From: a virus
Taxonomy: Duplodnaviria > Caudoviricetes
IMG/VR virus record: IMGVR_UViG_2654588123_000001
Span: 1-64,000 of that record
DNA: 64,000 nt
Strand: one strand, 5' to 3'
Positions 1 through 9,836 of the stretch are shown here, piece by piece. The notes beneath the pieces are model-generated. The model was not told the origin of the DNA and did no database searches. It saw nothing but the letters and a program-made list of their open reading frames with translations. The translations under genes were made by a program, and so were the position numbers. How positions within the stretch are numbered: the first letter of the stretch is position 1; each line of letters opens with the position of its first letter.

Positions 1-261
1 TCAATAAATGGAGCAGCCTTTTCTATCTGGGCAAAACCAATCATCCAGGTCGGTTCTCATATAACACTTACCACCGGCTATATTCTTTATTTCACTGCTG
101 TCCAGTTCATAGTCGGCCAGTTCCGCCAGATACGTTTCCGCTTCCTCTTTTGTCAGCTCATAACCGCCGGTCTTTGCCAGCGCAATCAGTTCATCGGCAG
201 TTTTGCACTGCATGGCTTTTTCAATCATTTCTTTTGTGATTTCGTTTTTGTTGATTGGCAT
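1..261 (-). CDS. Nif11-like leader peptide RiPP precursor (86 aa)
   Basis: Leader with the Nif11-type pattern (KAMQCKTADELIALAKTGGYELTKEEAE...ELDSSEIKNIAGG) ending in a double-Gly site; 22-aa core with 3 Cys (KCYMRTDLDDWFCPDRKGCSIY). Confidence 0.8.
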   Translation of the reverse strand: MPINKNEITKEMIEKAMQCKTADELIALAKTGGYELTKEEAETYLAELADYELDSSEIKNIAGGKCYMRTDLDDWFCPDRKGCSIY

Positions 262-371
262 ACTATATCCCCCTTTTTAATAAAAATTCAATGGGTATCC
301 ATTTTATATTATTTATTATAAACGAAACACGAAAAACAAGCAACATTTGTTGAGATAAACAACAATTTGTC

Positions 372-409
372 AGTTATACGATACTCCATTTTCGTCGTAT
401 CGTATAACT
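372..409. repeat. Perfect 13-bp inverted repeat with 12-bp spacer
   Basis: AGTTATACGATAC (372-384) / GTATCGTATAACT (397-409) in the divergent intergenic region. Confidence 0.85.
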
Positions 410-683
410 AATAAAAATCTACATAATTCATTAATCTTAGTCACACAAATCACGATTTGTACGTGTTATACATTTGCGTTTTCAGTCAGTCATAATGCCC
501 TTTACAAAGAGTATAATTAAGTCTGTTGTTTGACAATATGTGTAAAAGTGCGGCTCTATCAAAGCAGAAGAAGTAATACCGGCGATGGCGCATCGGTATC
601 TCGCACTTTTCGGCACCGGCGACAGAGTTTAGTTCAGCCTTCTCTGCCGTCAGTGCTATAAACATCGGGGGAAGGTATTTTCT

Positions 684-1013
684 ATGGAATATAGTTTTAA
701 TAAACCTAGAAATGAGTTTGAAAAACTGTTAAAGCGTGCAATAAAGGGTGAAGCAAAAGCGCAATTCCTGGTTGGGGATTGTTATTATAGAGGTGACGGT
801 GTCGAAAAAGATATTGCTTCAGCGCTTAATTGGTATCGCAAATCCGCTTTACAAGAATATCCCGAGGCGCTATGTATGCTGGGTAAATGTTATGATTATG
901 GATACGGAGTGAGATTTAATCAAAGAGAAATTTTATTTATTTTTGCCAAAACATGCCTTTCTCATAACTTAAATTATGGGTGTTTCTCTCAATTAATTTT
1001 TAAAATGAACTGA
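684..1013 (+). CDS. Sel1/TPR repeat protein, probably truncated
   Basis: Sel1 repeats (AQFLVGDCYYRGDGVEKDIASALNWYRKSA; ALCMLGKCYDYGYGV); the second repeat breaks off into AT-rich non-repeat sequence. Confidence 0.7.
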   Translation: MEYSFNKPRNEFEKLLKRAIKGEAKAQFLVGDCYYRGDGVEKDIASALNWYRKSALQEYPEALCMLGKCYDYGYGVRFNQREILFIFAKTCLSHNLNYGCFSQLIFKMN

Positions 1014-1362
1014 GGTTAACTGCCTCAGTCACCTGCTCCCCGTTTGGAATCAATCGGTTCTCATTTCTGCGTCCCGCTTTCCGCAATATTTTGAGACAAA
1101 TTAAATAACCTGTGATATAATAATAGTAATATATATTTAAAGACATAAGGGGCTATAACAAAATAGCCCCATTAGCCCCTCGAGTTGCCTGTTGCTAGTT
1201 ATAGCATGTTTTTTAAAAAGGGAAGGTACTATTGTAGTAAAATATCCCGGCAAAGCTGGGAGGATTTGCGATTTCTTGCAGCCAGTATGTCAATCTGCTT
1301 GCAAAATCGAGAAAATTTTCTTGAAATAATTTGCGAAAATTTTAGAGAGGCAGGTCAATTTT

Positions 1363-4300
1363 ATGAAACACATATCGAAACGAAGAGAATACTATACCGC
1401 GCTGTCCCGCAAGATTGCGGTGGGGCTGGCCTCCGGCCTGCTCTTTGTGGGGATTGGACAGTACCCGTCCATCGCGCTGGCTCATCCTGATTCCTCCACC
1501 ACCGGCACATACAGCGCTACCGGAGACGTATCTGGCGGGATGTATACCGTAAATCCAGGGCTGCCTGTCACCACCGAGGCCGCCGGCGGCGCCGCTGTCA
1601 ATCCGGACAAAATGGCGGTTTCTGTCACCAACAGTACCCTGACGGTGAACGGTGTACTGAATAACAGCGGCTACGGCGGCTATTCCCACCGCGACGCTCT
1701 TGCTGCTGCGGCGGCCGCGCAGAACAGCCTCGTATTGAACGGCACCATCCAGGTTACCGCCGACGACGATAATCTGTACGGTGCTTTCGGCGGCTTTGCC
1801 TATGCCGGACTGACGAATGCTCCTGTCGGTAGCAACGGCGTGCTTCGTGCAGAAGCGTCAGGCAATACCGTCACGGGTACGGGTGCAGACTCTACATTCC
1901 GTTTCGTCACCGATTTCAGCAAGGTGACCATCCCGGAAGTTACTGAGTACAGCCCGGGAACCATTTCCCCAGAAGCCGGCCTGGAACTTAAATCGGCTCT
2001 TATGGGCGGTTACGCCGCGACTTCGGTGATGAGCACCGAGGGCGCAGCGGGGAAACGGAATGCGCAGTCCGTTCGTGCGTCGGCCATAGCCGATAACAAT
2101 ACGGTAACGTTTTCCACGCTGAACCTGCAGCCGGTAGTTGAGGTCACGGGGCAGGACGGCTCTCAGGGGCAGGCTATTGAGTACCGCAGTATGGTGACGG
2201 CGGGCGGTGGCCAGGCTATGGCCCTGAATAACGCCAGGGGCAGTTATGTGGACCACAGCGATACAAACATTGCCTCCGCCGATGGTAATACATTCACCGT
2301 CGGCACGCTGAATCTGGAAGAAACTGTCCAATCTGTTAGTGCCGAGCTGGAGCAGACCACCACGCTGAGCGGCGGCGACGCGCTGGCCCGATATCAGTCT
2401 CCCTCTTCCATGGAGAAGCTGAAAAGCGAAGATCCCCAGAAGAATGGTAAGGTGAGCATAATCACCGAGAGTTACCAGAATACTACATACAGCAATATCA
2501 TCAATACGGCTACCGCAGACAACAATACGGAAACGCTGGACGCTATCATTCTTGGTGGCAAACTCAATACTGACGACCAAGGCCAGGCAGCTACTGACAT
2601 TGAGGCCGAGGGAGAGTTGGAAGTAAGGGCCGGTCATGCGGAAGCTATTGTCTTCCTGAATGACAAGGACTCGAAGCTGGACGGTCTTGATAATAGCGCC
2701 CAGGCCAATGGCAACACCCTGACCGTCAGGAAGGTGGAACAGAATATCGAGCAGAGTACCAAGCAGGATGAACAAGGAACTGTCGTCCAGGCCTCCACTG
2801 TGACCATGATGCTGCATGGCGGCAATGCCCGGACAGAGATGACGCAAAATGGTACGAGCAACGTAAATTGGAAGAATGTCAGGAGCTCCGCTGCGGCGAA
2901 CAGCAACACGATCACGCTGGAAGACATCAGTTCCAACGTGACGGAAAGCTCCCTGACCGGTGGCGCGGCTACTTCGGATATCTTGCTCATGGAGGGCAAG
3001 GGCGCCATGGAGGCGACTGTCGCTTCCAACACGGCCTCGGCTTCCGGAAACACGGCACAGATGGGCCTCTACGCGCCGGTGAATATGGGATTGGGCTGCG
3101 TCGTCAGCGGTGGTGTGGCTGACGTCTCCGTAGCGGCTCAAAACAATTTCAACAACAATGCCGACACGGACAACGGATTGACGATGACCGTGGAAAACAT
3201 GAATGCCGATGCCAGCCACAATACTATCAAAGTGGTGGGGAATGTCGACAGCAGTGGTAACAACCAGTCTGCTGCTACGACTATCACCGCTAACGGCGGC
3301 TCGGCCACGGCAGGTCTGAGTTTCGTCGGCGCCACGACGAATACATACATAAGCCGGGATACGGCTTCCTGGCAAAACGGCGCGATTACAGCCAATAACA
3401 ACAATGTGGATCTGACCACCGCATATACCTATACAGCGGCTGGATCGGGCGCCCTGCCAAAGGCTGCCCTTCCCACCTTTACAGCGATGGGCGGCAATGC
3501 CAGCGGCAGCCTGGGCAATATGAATACCAACGCCAATGTGACGTTGGGAAATCTGCGCCTGGAGAGTACTGGCAACGCAATCACCATCAATAATAGCATA
3601 AACATTACCGGCGCGCCGAAGGGCCAACTGGATACGAGCTATACACTGACCGGCGGCGCGGCCTCTTTCGGAATCAACAATACAGCGCCGGTGCTGACGG
3701 ATCCGGCGGATTCGAAGAAAACGCTGCCAGTTACTCCCCAACCCTTCAATATCGACAGCGCTGCGCTCACCATCACCGCCAGCAGCAATACCATCAATGT
3801 AACGGAGACCATCACGGGCACGGCGGGTTCGGCATCTGGGGAGACGGCTGGTTCTACAACCGTGGATACCATCGAAGGCGGCAATGCATCCTTCACCTAT
3901 TTGGACGACGTAAGCGCCAAATCCACGGTCAGCCTCATACCCACTATTGAGGTTACCGGTAATACGGCTACGGTCACAAGCACGGATACCAGCAATGGCG
4001 ACGTCGCGTCCATCGAAGGGAGCACCTACTCCGGCGGTACGGCAGCTTCCAGCATCACCAGCGGCAAGGCTCCGGTATCAGGCGAAACGGCAGTCACCTA
4101 TACGACAGACAACACAATAAAGTATGCCCCAACGATGACCGTCAGCGGCAACACACTGACCCTCTCCAGTACCTTTGACGCCTCCGCCAGTACGGCCGGA
4201 GACGGGACTACGGTCGGCGTCATCAGCGGCGGCAAGGCGAACCTCGATATCGTCAATTATGGAAATAACACCACGTTTGATGTCAGCCCACGGGCAGATG

Positions 4301-6369
4301 TGACGGGCAACACGGCCCAGGTCACCCTGAGCAACACGGCAGCGAGCAGCACCTTTACGGGGCTCGCCCGGGCTTATGGCGGCGCGGCTGAGATGACCGT
4401 TACAAACGGCTCTGCTGAATCAAGTTCCAAGGACAGCTCGGGATCCGAGACAAAAACGCCGGCTTCCAAGCCTCAGGGTCTTTCCTTTACCGCTTCGCCG
4501 GTACTGAATGCCAGCGGTAATACACTGACGGTTCAGGATACGGCCAGCGATGGAGCCAGTGTGTCAAAAGCTACTGGTATCACGGGCCTTTACGGTGGAC
4601 GCTCTGCAATTAAGATTTCGGATCTTGGCACTGACACCAGGGCCCTTGCGCTTTCCTCTGCCAAATTGACCGCCGATAATAACACCGTTACCACGAACCG
4701 ATCCACAGTGGATGTCTACGGTGGCCAGGCGGCTATCGAGACGGATGCCCCGCTCACCGCCACAAATCTCACGATGAGCGCCAGCGGCAACGAAGTGAAC
4801 ATCGACGGCGACTGCGCTAAAGACGTTTATGGCGGCAACGTTCTGCTTTCATCCAATATAACGCTTGCGGGTATGATGACCCTCAGCACGGATAACAACA
4901 CCGTGAACTTCAACGCCGGCAACGTGCTTGGCGTGCTCTACGGCGGCCTGATCAATAATGCCGGGGCGCTAAGTGTCGGCAAAGGAAACACGCTGAACGT
5001 GAGAGGTACTGGGCTTACAGCGAAAAATATCGCGGCATTCAACACGGTGAACTTCTATACATCTCCCGGTAATATAAAGGATAAGACTCTTCTGACATTA
5101 AACGGCGGGCAACAGACGGACCTGTCCGGGACCCAGATTAATACCACGATTCATAAAGATTCGGAATTCGCCATTGGGGATGTGGTACATCTTCTCGCTA
5201 ACGATGCGACCATCAAGACCGATGCGGCTACAGTTATTACAAACCCGACACAGGGCGCGGTAATAGAATACAAGGGCGCTGCAAGGTTGAGCGCTGACGG
5301 GAAGAGCATCGATTTTATTGGTACAGACCGCTCCCTCACCGAGCAGTCCAAGTCGCTGACGGAGACTCGGGCTGCCGCCGCAACCTTGCTGAATTCCGGT
5401 GCGGATTTCTTCGCCTCCGCCGGTATCACCAATGCGGTCGATGCAGCGGTACATGAGGCCTTTGGCAATGACGCGGACGCATCGGCAGGCACACACTCAG
5501 GCGGCGCCTCATCTGATGGCAGCAACGCGGAAAGTGGAAACGGCGCTGCCGGTAAGGCGCAAGTGGTACGGGGCGGCATCTTCGCTCCTTTCGCGGCCAT
5601 GGGCGGATCTGACATGCGGGCTAAATCCGGCTCCTACGTTGATACACAGGGATGGAATATCAATGTGGGCTTCGCACGTGCCCTGAAGAACAAGAACGGC
5701 ACTATGACTTTCGGCCCCATCGTGGAATATGGGTGGGGTAACTATACTTCCCATCTGGACGATGGCACCCGGGGCGATGGCGATACAAAATTCTTCGGAG
5801 CCGGTGTATTCCTGCGGCAGAACAATACAAACGGTCTCTGGTACGAAGGGAGCCTCCGGGGGGGCCATATGAAGAGCGATTACCGGGGCAACCTGAACCG
5901 CTTAGATGTGACTTACGATACCAGCAACAACTATTTCGCTGCCCACATGGGTATCGGTAAAGTGAACAAGGTTAGCGAAAAAGGAAGCTTAGACATTTAC
6001 ACGAAACTTTTCTACGCTTATCAGGGCAGCGCCGGAGCGGATTTGTCCACGGGAGAGCATTTTGACTTTGGCTCTGTTAACTCAGTCCGTTGGCGCGTTG
6101 GAGGCAAATACACGCATCAGGTCAGCAAGACGGGGAGTATGTACGCAGGCCTCGCTTACGAATACGAGTTCAAGGGCAGCGCTACGGCCACCTATCTGGG
6201 TATGAACACGCCCAGCCCGAGCATCAAAGGAGGCAGCGGTCTTCTGGAATTGGGATATAGGATGAAACCGGGCGCCAAGAGCCCGATGACCCTGGATTTC
6301 GGTCTGAATCTCTGGACAGGGAAGAGGAGGGGTATCGGCGGCGTCCTCAGCGCAAGCTGGAAGTTCTAA
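1363..6369 (+). CDS. Autotransporter (type Va) adhesin-like protein, 1668 aa
   Basis: N-terminal signal peptide; T/S/G/A/N-rich passenger with recurring SGNT(V/L)T and GGxA motifs; C-terminal beta-barrel strands (GWNINVGFAR...GPIVEYGWGNY...WYEGSLRGG...GLAYEYEF) ending in aromatic WKF; RBS GAGG upstream. Confidence 0.92.
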   Translation: MKHISKRREYYTALSRKIAVGLASGLLFVGIGQYPSIALAHPDSSTTGTYSATGDVSGGMYTVNPGLPVTTEAAGGAAVNPDKMAVSVTNSTLTVNGVLNNSGYGGYSHRDALAAAAAAQNSLVLNGTIQVTADDDNLYGAFGGFAYAGLTNAPVGSNGVLRAEASGNTVTGTGADSTFRFVTDFSKVTIPEVTEYSPGTISPEAGLELKSALMGGYAATSVMSTEGAAGKRNAQSVRASAIADNNTVTFSTLNLQPVVEVTGQDGSQGQAIEYRSMVTAGGGQAMALNNARGSYVDHSDTNIASADGNTFTVGTLNLEETVQSVSAELEQTTTLSGGDALARYQSPSSMEKLKSEDPQKNGKVSIITESYQNTTYSNIINTATADNNTETLDAIILGGKLNTDDQGQAATDIEAEGELEVRAGHAEAIVFLNDKDSKLDGLDNSAQANGNTLTVRKVEQNIEQSTKQDEQGTVVQASTVTMMLHGGNARTEMTQNGTSNVNWKNVRSSAAANSNTITLEDISSNVTESSLTGGAATSDILLMEGKGAMEATVASNTASASGNTAQMGLYAPVNMGLGCVVSGGVADVSVAAQNNFNNNADTDNGLTMTVENMNADASHNTIKVVGNVDSSGNNQSAATTITANGGSATAGLSFVGATTNTYISRDTASWQNGAITANNNNVDLTTAYTYTAAGSGALPKAALPTFTAMGGNASGSLGNMNTNANVTLGNLRLESTGNAITINNSINITGAPKGQLDTSYTLTGGAASFGINNTAPVLTDPADSKKTLPVTPQPFNIDSAALTITASSNTINVTETITGTAGSASGETAGSTTVDTIEGGNASFTYLDDVSAKSTVSLIPTIEVTGNTATVTSTDTSNGDVASIEGSTYSGGTAASSITSGKAPVSGETAVTYTTDNTIKYAPTMTVSGNTLTLSSTFDASASTAGDGTTVGVISGGKANLDIVNYGNNTTFDVSPRADVTGNTAQVTLSNTAASSTFTGLARAYGGAAEMTVTNGSAESSSKDSSGSETKTPASKPQGLSFTASPVLNASGNTLTVQDTASDGASVSKATGITGLYGGRSAIKISDLGTDTRALALSSAKLTADNNTVTTNRSTVDVYGGQAAIETDAPLTATNLTMSASGNEVNIDGDCAKDVYGGNVLLSSNITLAGMMTLSTDNNTVNFNAGNVLGVLYGGLINNAGALSVGKGNTLNVRGTGLTAKNIAAFNTVNFYTSPGNIKDKTLLTLNGGQQTDLSGTQINTTIHKDSEFAIGDVVHLLANDATIKTDAATVITNPTQGAVIEYKGAARLSADGKSIDFIGTDRSLTEQSKSLTETRAAAATLLNSGADFFASAGITNAVDAAVHEAFGNDADASAGTHSGGASSDGSNAESGNGAAGKAQVVRGGIFAPFAAMGGSDMRAKSGSYVDTQGWNINVGFARALKNKNGTMTFGPIVEYGWGNYTSHLDDGTRGDGDTKFFGAGVFLRQNNTNGLWYEGSLRGGHMKSDYRGNLNRLDVTYDTSNNYFAAHMGIGKVNKVSEKGSLDIYTKLFYAYQGSAGADLSTGEHFDFGSVNSVRWRVGGKYTHQVSKTGSMYAGLAYEYEFKGSATATYLGMNTPSPSIKGGSGLLELGYRMKPGAKSPMTLDFGLNLWTGKRRGIGGVLSASWKF

Positions 6370-6444
6370 GGAAAAAACTGCAACCGGCTTGGCGGAATAA
6401 CGATAAACCGTACCATGTCACGAAGACAATACAATACTATTTTG

Positions 6445-6480
6445 AAACGCTGGCAGCTTCAAGTTGCCAGCGTTTATTTC
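6445..6480 (+). terminator. Intrinsic terminator after the autotransporter
   Basis: AAACGCTGGCAGC-TTCAA-GTTGCCAGCGTTT stem-loop followed by ATTTC. Confidence 0.8.
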
Positions 6481-6576
6481 CTGTCTGGTATATCCAGCAT
6501 CTTTTCAGTCATGTCGGCGTTTTGAAAAGCGGAATCCCTCAGTTCCATCAAAAGGACTCTGATGAACTGTTCATGG

Positions 6577-6672
6577 CTAAACATAATCTCTTTGTATCGA
6601 AGGCAAAACATATTTGTTTTTAGAGATATCATTCATTACTTCAGCAATCGTTAACGGGGTTTCATATGCCAT
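6577..6672 (-). pseudogene. 5' remnant of a DUF262 (GmrSD-like) gene
   Basis: Manual translation gives MAYETPLTIAEVMNDISKNKYVLPSIQRDYV*. YVLPSIQRxYVW is the DUF262 N-terminal motif; the reading frame breaks at the expected W. RBS GAGGGA upstream. Confidence 0.6.
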
Positions 6673-6759
6673 TTTAATATCCCTCTCTTTCAGCAAAAAA
6701 ATTCAAATATGCCAAAATTATATATGTAATACTATTATAGCATATTAAAAGGACAAAAT

Positions 6760-6808
6760 AACCCCCTGCCCACCGCTAATCAACTTATTTTAGCGATAGA
6801 CAGGGGTT
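6760..6808 (-). terminator. Stem-loop downstream of the recombinase operon
   Basis: AACCCCCTG..CGCTA / TAGCG..CAGGGGTT imperfect inverted repeat flanked by A/T runs. Confidence 0.5.
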
Positions 6809-6865
6809 TCATTTTTACGCATATAAATACTCGCCCTGGCCTCTGAAAACGTGCCACAGCCCGTT

Positions 6866-8497
6866 TTATGAGGTCGTTTTTTTCCGGGATGCCGTTCTTG
6901 TGCGGGATTTGACCAGATCACCCAGCGGAACCTCGATTTCCATGCCATCCCGGAAGATAACCGTCACCCTCTCCTCATCATTCACGACCATATGGTCCAG
7001 AAGGTTGCACCAGAGACGTTCGTCAAATTCGGTGACGGCATCTCCGAGATGGTCGATGGTAGCTTTGACGGATTCGAAATACAACCTCTTTGTTTGTCGT
7101 TTCTCTAACTCAATCTTGCATTCCTCATATTTCTTTAACGCATCATCATACTCGTCCTCCAAGACTTTCCGCTTGGCTTCATATTCTGCCTTTTGCTCTG
7201 GGGAATATATCAGCGCGCCTTCAAGCCGTACTTCCTGCAAGGCCTTACGCTTATCATCATACTTATTCATCTTGGCTTCCAGTTCCTTAACGGCGAACAG
7301 TTCTTCATTGATGGCCATCAGGTTATCGGCCAACTCGTTTTTCCCACGCAGCCGTTCGTTCAGCGCGGTCAGGAAGAATCTCTGGAGCTCCTCCTTCGTG
7401 AACCATCCGGTCTCGCAGTATGTCTTTTTGTGGTATTTGTTACGGCACCGGAAGATTACTTTTCTGTATTTGTCATTGGAATGCCAGGTTGCCTCTGCAA
7501 ACCAGTCACCGCAGCATCCGCACTTCACCTTGCAGGAATATGCGTCCTTCCCACGCCACATAAGCTTTGATCCTTTACGTTTCTGGCGTTCCGCCTGCAC
7601 TGCGTCGAACATCTCCTTACTGACGATGGCCGGGTGGCTGTTTTCAATATAATACTTGGGCAGTTCGCCTTTGTTCACCTTCTGCTTCTTCGTCAGGAAG
7701 TCCGGCACATACCGTTTCTGCAGAAGCGCGGAGCCCTTGTATTTCTCGTTGGTCAGGATGCTGCGAACCGTTCCGGTATGCCAGCGGGGACCGCCTGCCG
7801 GACTCTTCACCCCCATCCCTTCCAACCTGTGGCATATCTGGGCGAAGGTCAGCCCATCCAGATACCATTGGTAAATCAACCGGACAGTCTCCGCCTGCTC
7901 CTCGTTGATGACCGGCTTGTAGTCAGGCCCGGGGTCATAACCCAGAAAAATCTTGTAAGGCATGTTGAACTTCCCCTCGGCCATGCGTTTCCGCCTGCCC
8001 CACTTGGTGTTCTCGGATATGGACCGGCTCTCTTCCTGGGCCAAGGAGGACATAATGGTGATGAGGAGTTCCCCCGAGGCGTCCAATGTTTTGATGCCCT
8101 CTTTCTCAAACTCCACCTCGACGCCTTTTTCTTTCAGCTTGCGAATCGTTGTCAGGCAGTCCACCGTGTTCCGAGCGAACCGGCTGATGGATTTTGTGAG
8201 GATCAGGTCGATTTTGCCGTCCATGGCATCGGCTATCATCTGCTTGAATCCCTCACGGTGCGCTGTGCTTGTACCACTGATGCCCTCGTCGGAATAAACC
8301 CCCACGAATTCCCAGTCCGGATTCCCTTTGATGTGTTCCGTATAATACTTTACCTGCATCTCATAGCTGGTCTGCTGTTCCTCCAAATCCGTGGAGACAC
8401 GCGCATACGCCGCCACCTTCCTGGCGATTTTCTTTCCGTCCGCTGTCGCCGTGAAAGGATTTATCGTCGCCGGTATCGTTTGCACAACAGGATTCAT
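6866..8497 (-). CDS. Large serine recombinase (resolvase + recombinase + Zn-ribbon + coiled coil)
   Basis: VAAYARVSTD catalytic motif, DEGISGT, ILTKSISRFARN, SLAQEESRSIS, CGCCG Zn ribbon. Confidence 0.95.
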   Translation of the reverse strand: MNPVVQTIPATINPFTATADGKKIARKVAAYARVSTDLEEQQTSYEMQVKYYTEHIKGNPDWEFVGVYSDEGISGTSTAHREGFKQMIADAMDGKIDLILTKSISRFARNTVDCLTTIRKLKEKGVEVEFEKEGIKTLDASGELLITIMSSLAQEESRSISENTKWGRRKRMAEGKFNMPYKIFLGYDPGPDYKPVINEEQAETVRLIYQWYLDGLTFAQICHRLEGMGVKSPAGGPRWHTGTVRSILTNEKYKGSALLQKRYVPDFLTKKQKVNKGELPKYYIENSHPAIVSKEMFDAVQAERQKRKGSKLMWRGKDAYSCKVKCGCCGDWFAEATWHSNDKYRKVIFRCRNKYHKKTYCETGWFTKEELQRFFLTALNERLRGKNELADNLMAINEELFAVKELEAKMNKYDDKRKALQEVRLEGALIYSPEQKAEYEAKRKVLEDEYDDALKKYEECKIELEKRQTKRLYFESVKATIDHLGDAVTEFDERLWCNLLDHMVVNDEERVTVIFRDGMEIEVPLGDLVKSRTRTASRKKTTS

Positions 8498-9792
8498 GCG
8501 CCGAACCTCCTTCCCTTATATTGCCTGCTTCTTTCCGCCCTGCGTTCCGGTGTCCACCAATCCTTTCGGCAGACCGGTTCCCAGGTTTCATCTATTATCG
8601 TCCCATCCTTCATATGGAACACCAGCCGGTGCTGCTCCGGAATGACTATCTTCTCAACCTTAACCGTAAACACCGCCTCATCAAATTCTTCCAGTCCCAG
8701 CACCCTGCAGCAGACCGCCTTCAGCTTCCTTTCCGGCAGGTACTTACTGGGACATTTCCCTCCCTTCCTCCGGGTGCTGCATATCCAGTCGACATAACCG
8801 TCCTTGCTGAACCGGCTGTACCACTTGCCACAGCTGCCGCATTGAATCTTATGGGTGAAGCAGGTCATGCCCTTCCGTAACATGAAGCCCATCTTCGTCC
8901 GGTACGCCAGAACCTCCTGTACTTTATCGTAGGTTTCCCGGTCAACAATCCCGGCATGATGGTGTTTGACATAATACCGATCCCTCTGGCCGATATTATT
9001 GATAACCTTCTTGCTGATGCAATCTCTTACAAACACTTTCTGAAGAAGCAGGTCGCCGGCATAAAGGGGGTTGGAAAGAATCCGGCGGACCGTGACAGTG
9101 CTGAACTGTTTCCCACGCACCGTCAGCCGGCCCTCTTCCCGCAACCGTTTTGCAATGGCATAAACGGATTCCCCACGAAGAAGGCCTGCATACATTTGAC
9201 GTATCACCTCTGCCTCTTCCGGCTCAATGACATACTGTCTGTCAACCCAGCGGTATCCGTATACGAACGTGCCGCCGCTGGTTTCACCGCGCTGATATTT
9301 TCTCCGGATGGCCCACTTGACATTATTCGAAATGGACACGCTCTCCTGCTCGGCAACGGCGGCGGTGACGGTCAGCAGGAACTCACCGCCCATTCCCGAA
9401 GTGTTGATATTTTCCTTTTCGAACCGTACCTCAATGCCGAGCCCTTTCAGTTCCCGGACGCTGTTGAGCAGGTCAACCGTGTTCCGTGCGAACCGGCTGA
9501 TGGATTTCGTAAGGATGATATCGATCTTCTTTGCCCGGCAGTCTTCCATCATCTGCAGGAACTGCTTCCGATGTTTTAAACTCGTCCCGGAAATCCCGTT
9601 GTCGGTGTAGATTCCTGCCAACTCCCATTCCGGGTTGTTCATAATGAGTTTTTCAAAATGAGCTGCCTGGGCCTCATAGCTGGATTCCTGGTCTTTCTTA
9701 TCGGTAGATACCCTGGCATAGGCAGCCACCTTCTTTTTCTGTATTTGTGCCTCCAGCGGCTTGGTGGCTGGGATTATTTCAGCCCCGTTCAT
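8494..9792 (-). CDS. Large serine recombinase (second, tandem)
   Basis: VAAYARVSTD, DNGISGT, TKSISRFARN, CGSCG Zn ribbon. Start moved to ATG 9792 (MNGAEII) behind RBS GGGAGGTG. Confidence 0.93.
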   Translation of the reverse strand: MNGAEIIPATKPLEAQIQKKKVAAYARVSTDKKDQESSYEAQAAHFEKLIMNNPEWELAGIYTDNGISGTSLKHRKQFLQMMEDCRAKKIDIILTKSISRFARNTVDLLNSVRELKGLGIEVRFEKENINTSGMGGEFLLTVTAAVAEQESVSISNNVKWAIRRKYQRGETSGGTFVYGYRWVDRQYVIEPEEAEVIRQMYAGLLRGESVYAIAKRLREEGRLTVRGKQFSTVTVRRILSNPLYAGDLLLQKVFVRDCISKKVINNIGQRDRYYVKHHHAGIVDRETYDKVQEVLAYRTKMGFMLRKGMTCFTHKIQCGSCGKWYSRFSKDGYVDWICSTRRKGGKCPSKYLPERKLKAVCCRVLGLEEFDEAVFTVKVEKIVIPEQHRLVFHMKDGTIIDETWEPVCRKDWWTPERRAERSRQYKGRRFGA

Positions 9793-9836
9793 GATTTCAC
9801 CTCCCATGGTATCTATCACTCTGAAGCCGCATATAG

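Noticed and set aside
581-610. Fluoride riboswitch-like GGCGATGG
   Set aside because: The following consensus elements (GUUCGCC, UAAUGA...CUAC) are absent.
1009-1029. ACTGAGG/CCTCAGT hairpin at the end of the Sel1 ORF
   Set aside because: The stem is short with no U-tract, so it is insufficient to call a terminator.
1858-3741. 627-aa minus-strand ORF and other ORFs antisense to the autotransporter
   Set aside because: These are shadows of a GC-rich coding strand with no recognisable motifs or RBS.
6700-6860. attL/attR direct repeat
   Set aside because: No matching repeat was found by eye near 59.1 kb or elsewhere. Serine integrase att cores are very short, and the right end may lie outside the window.
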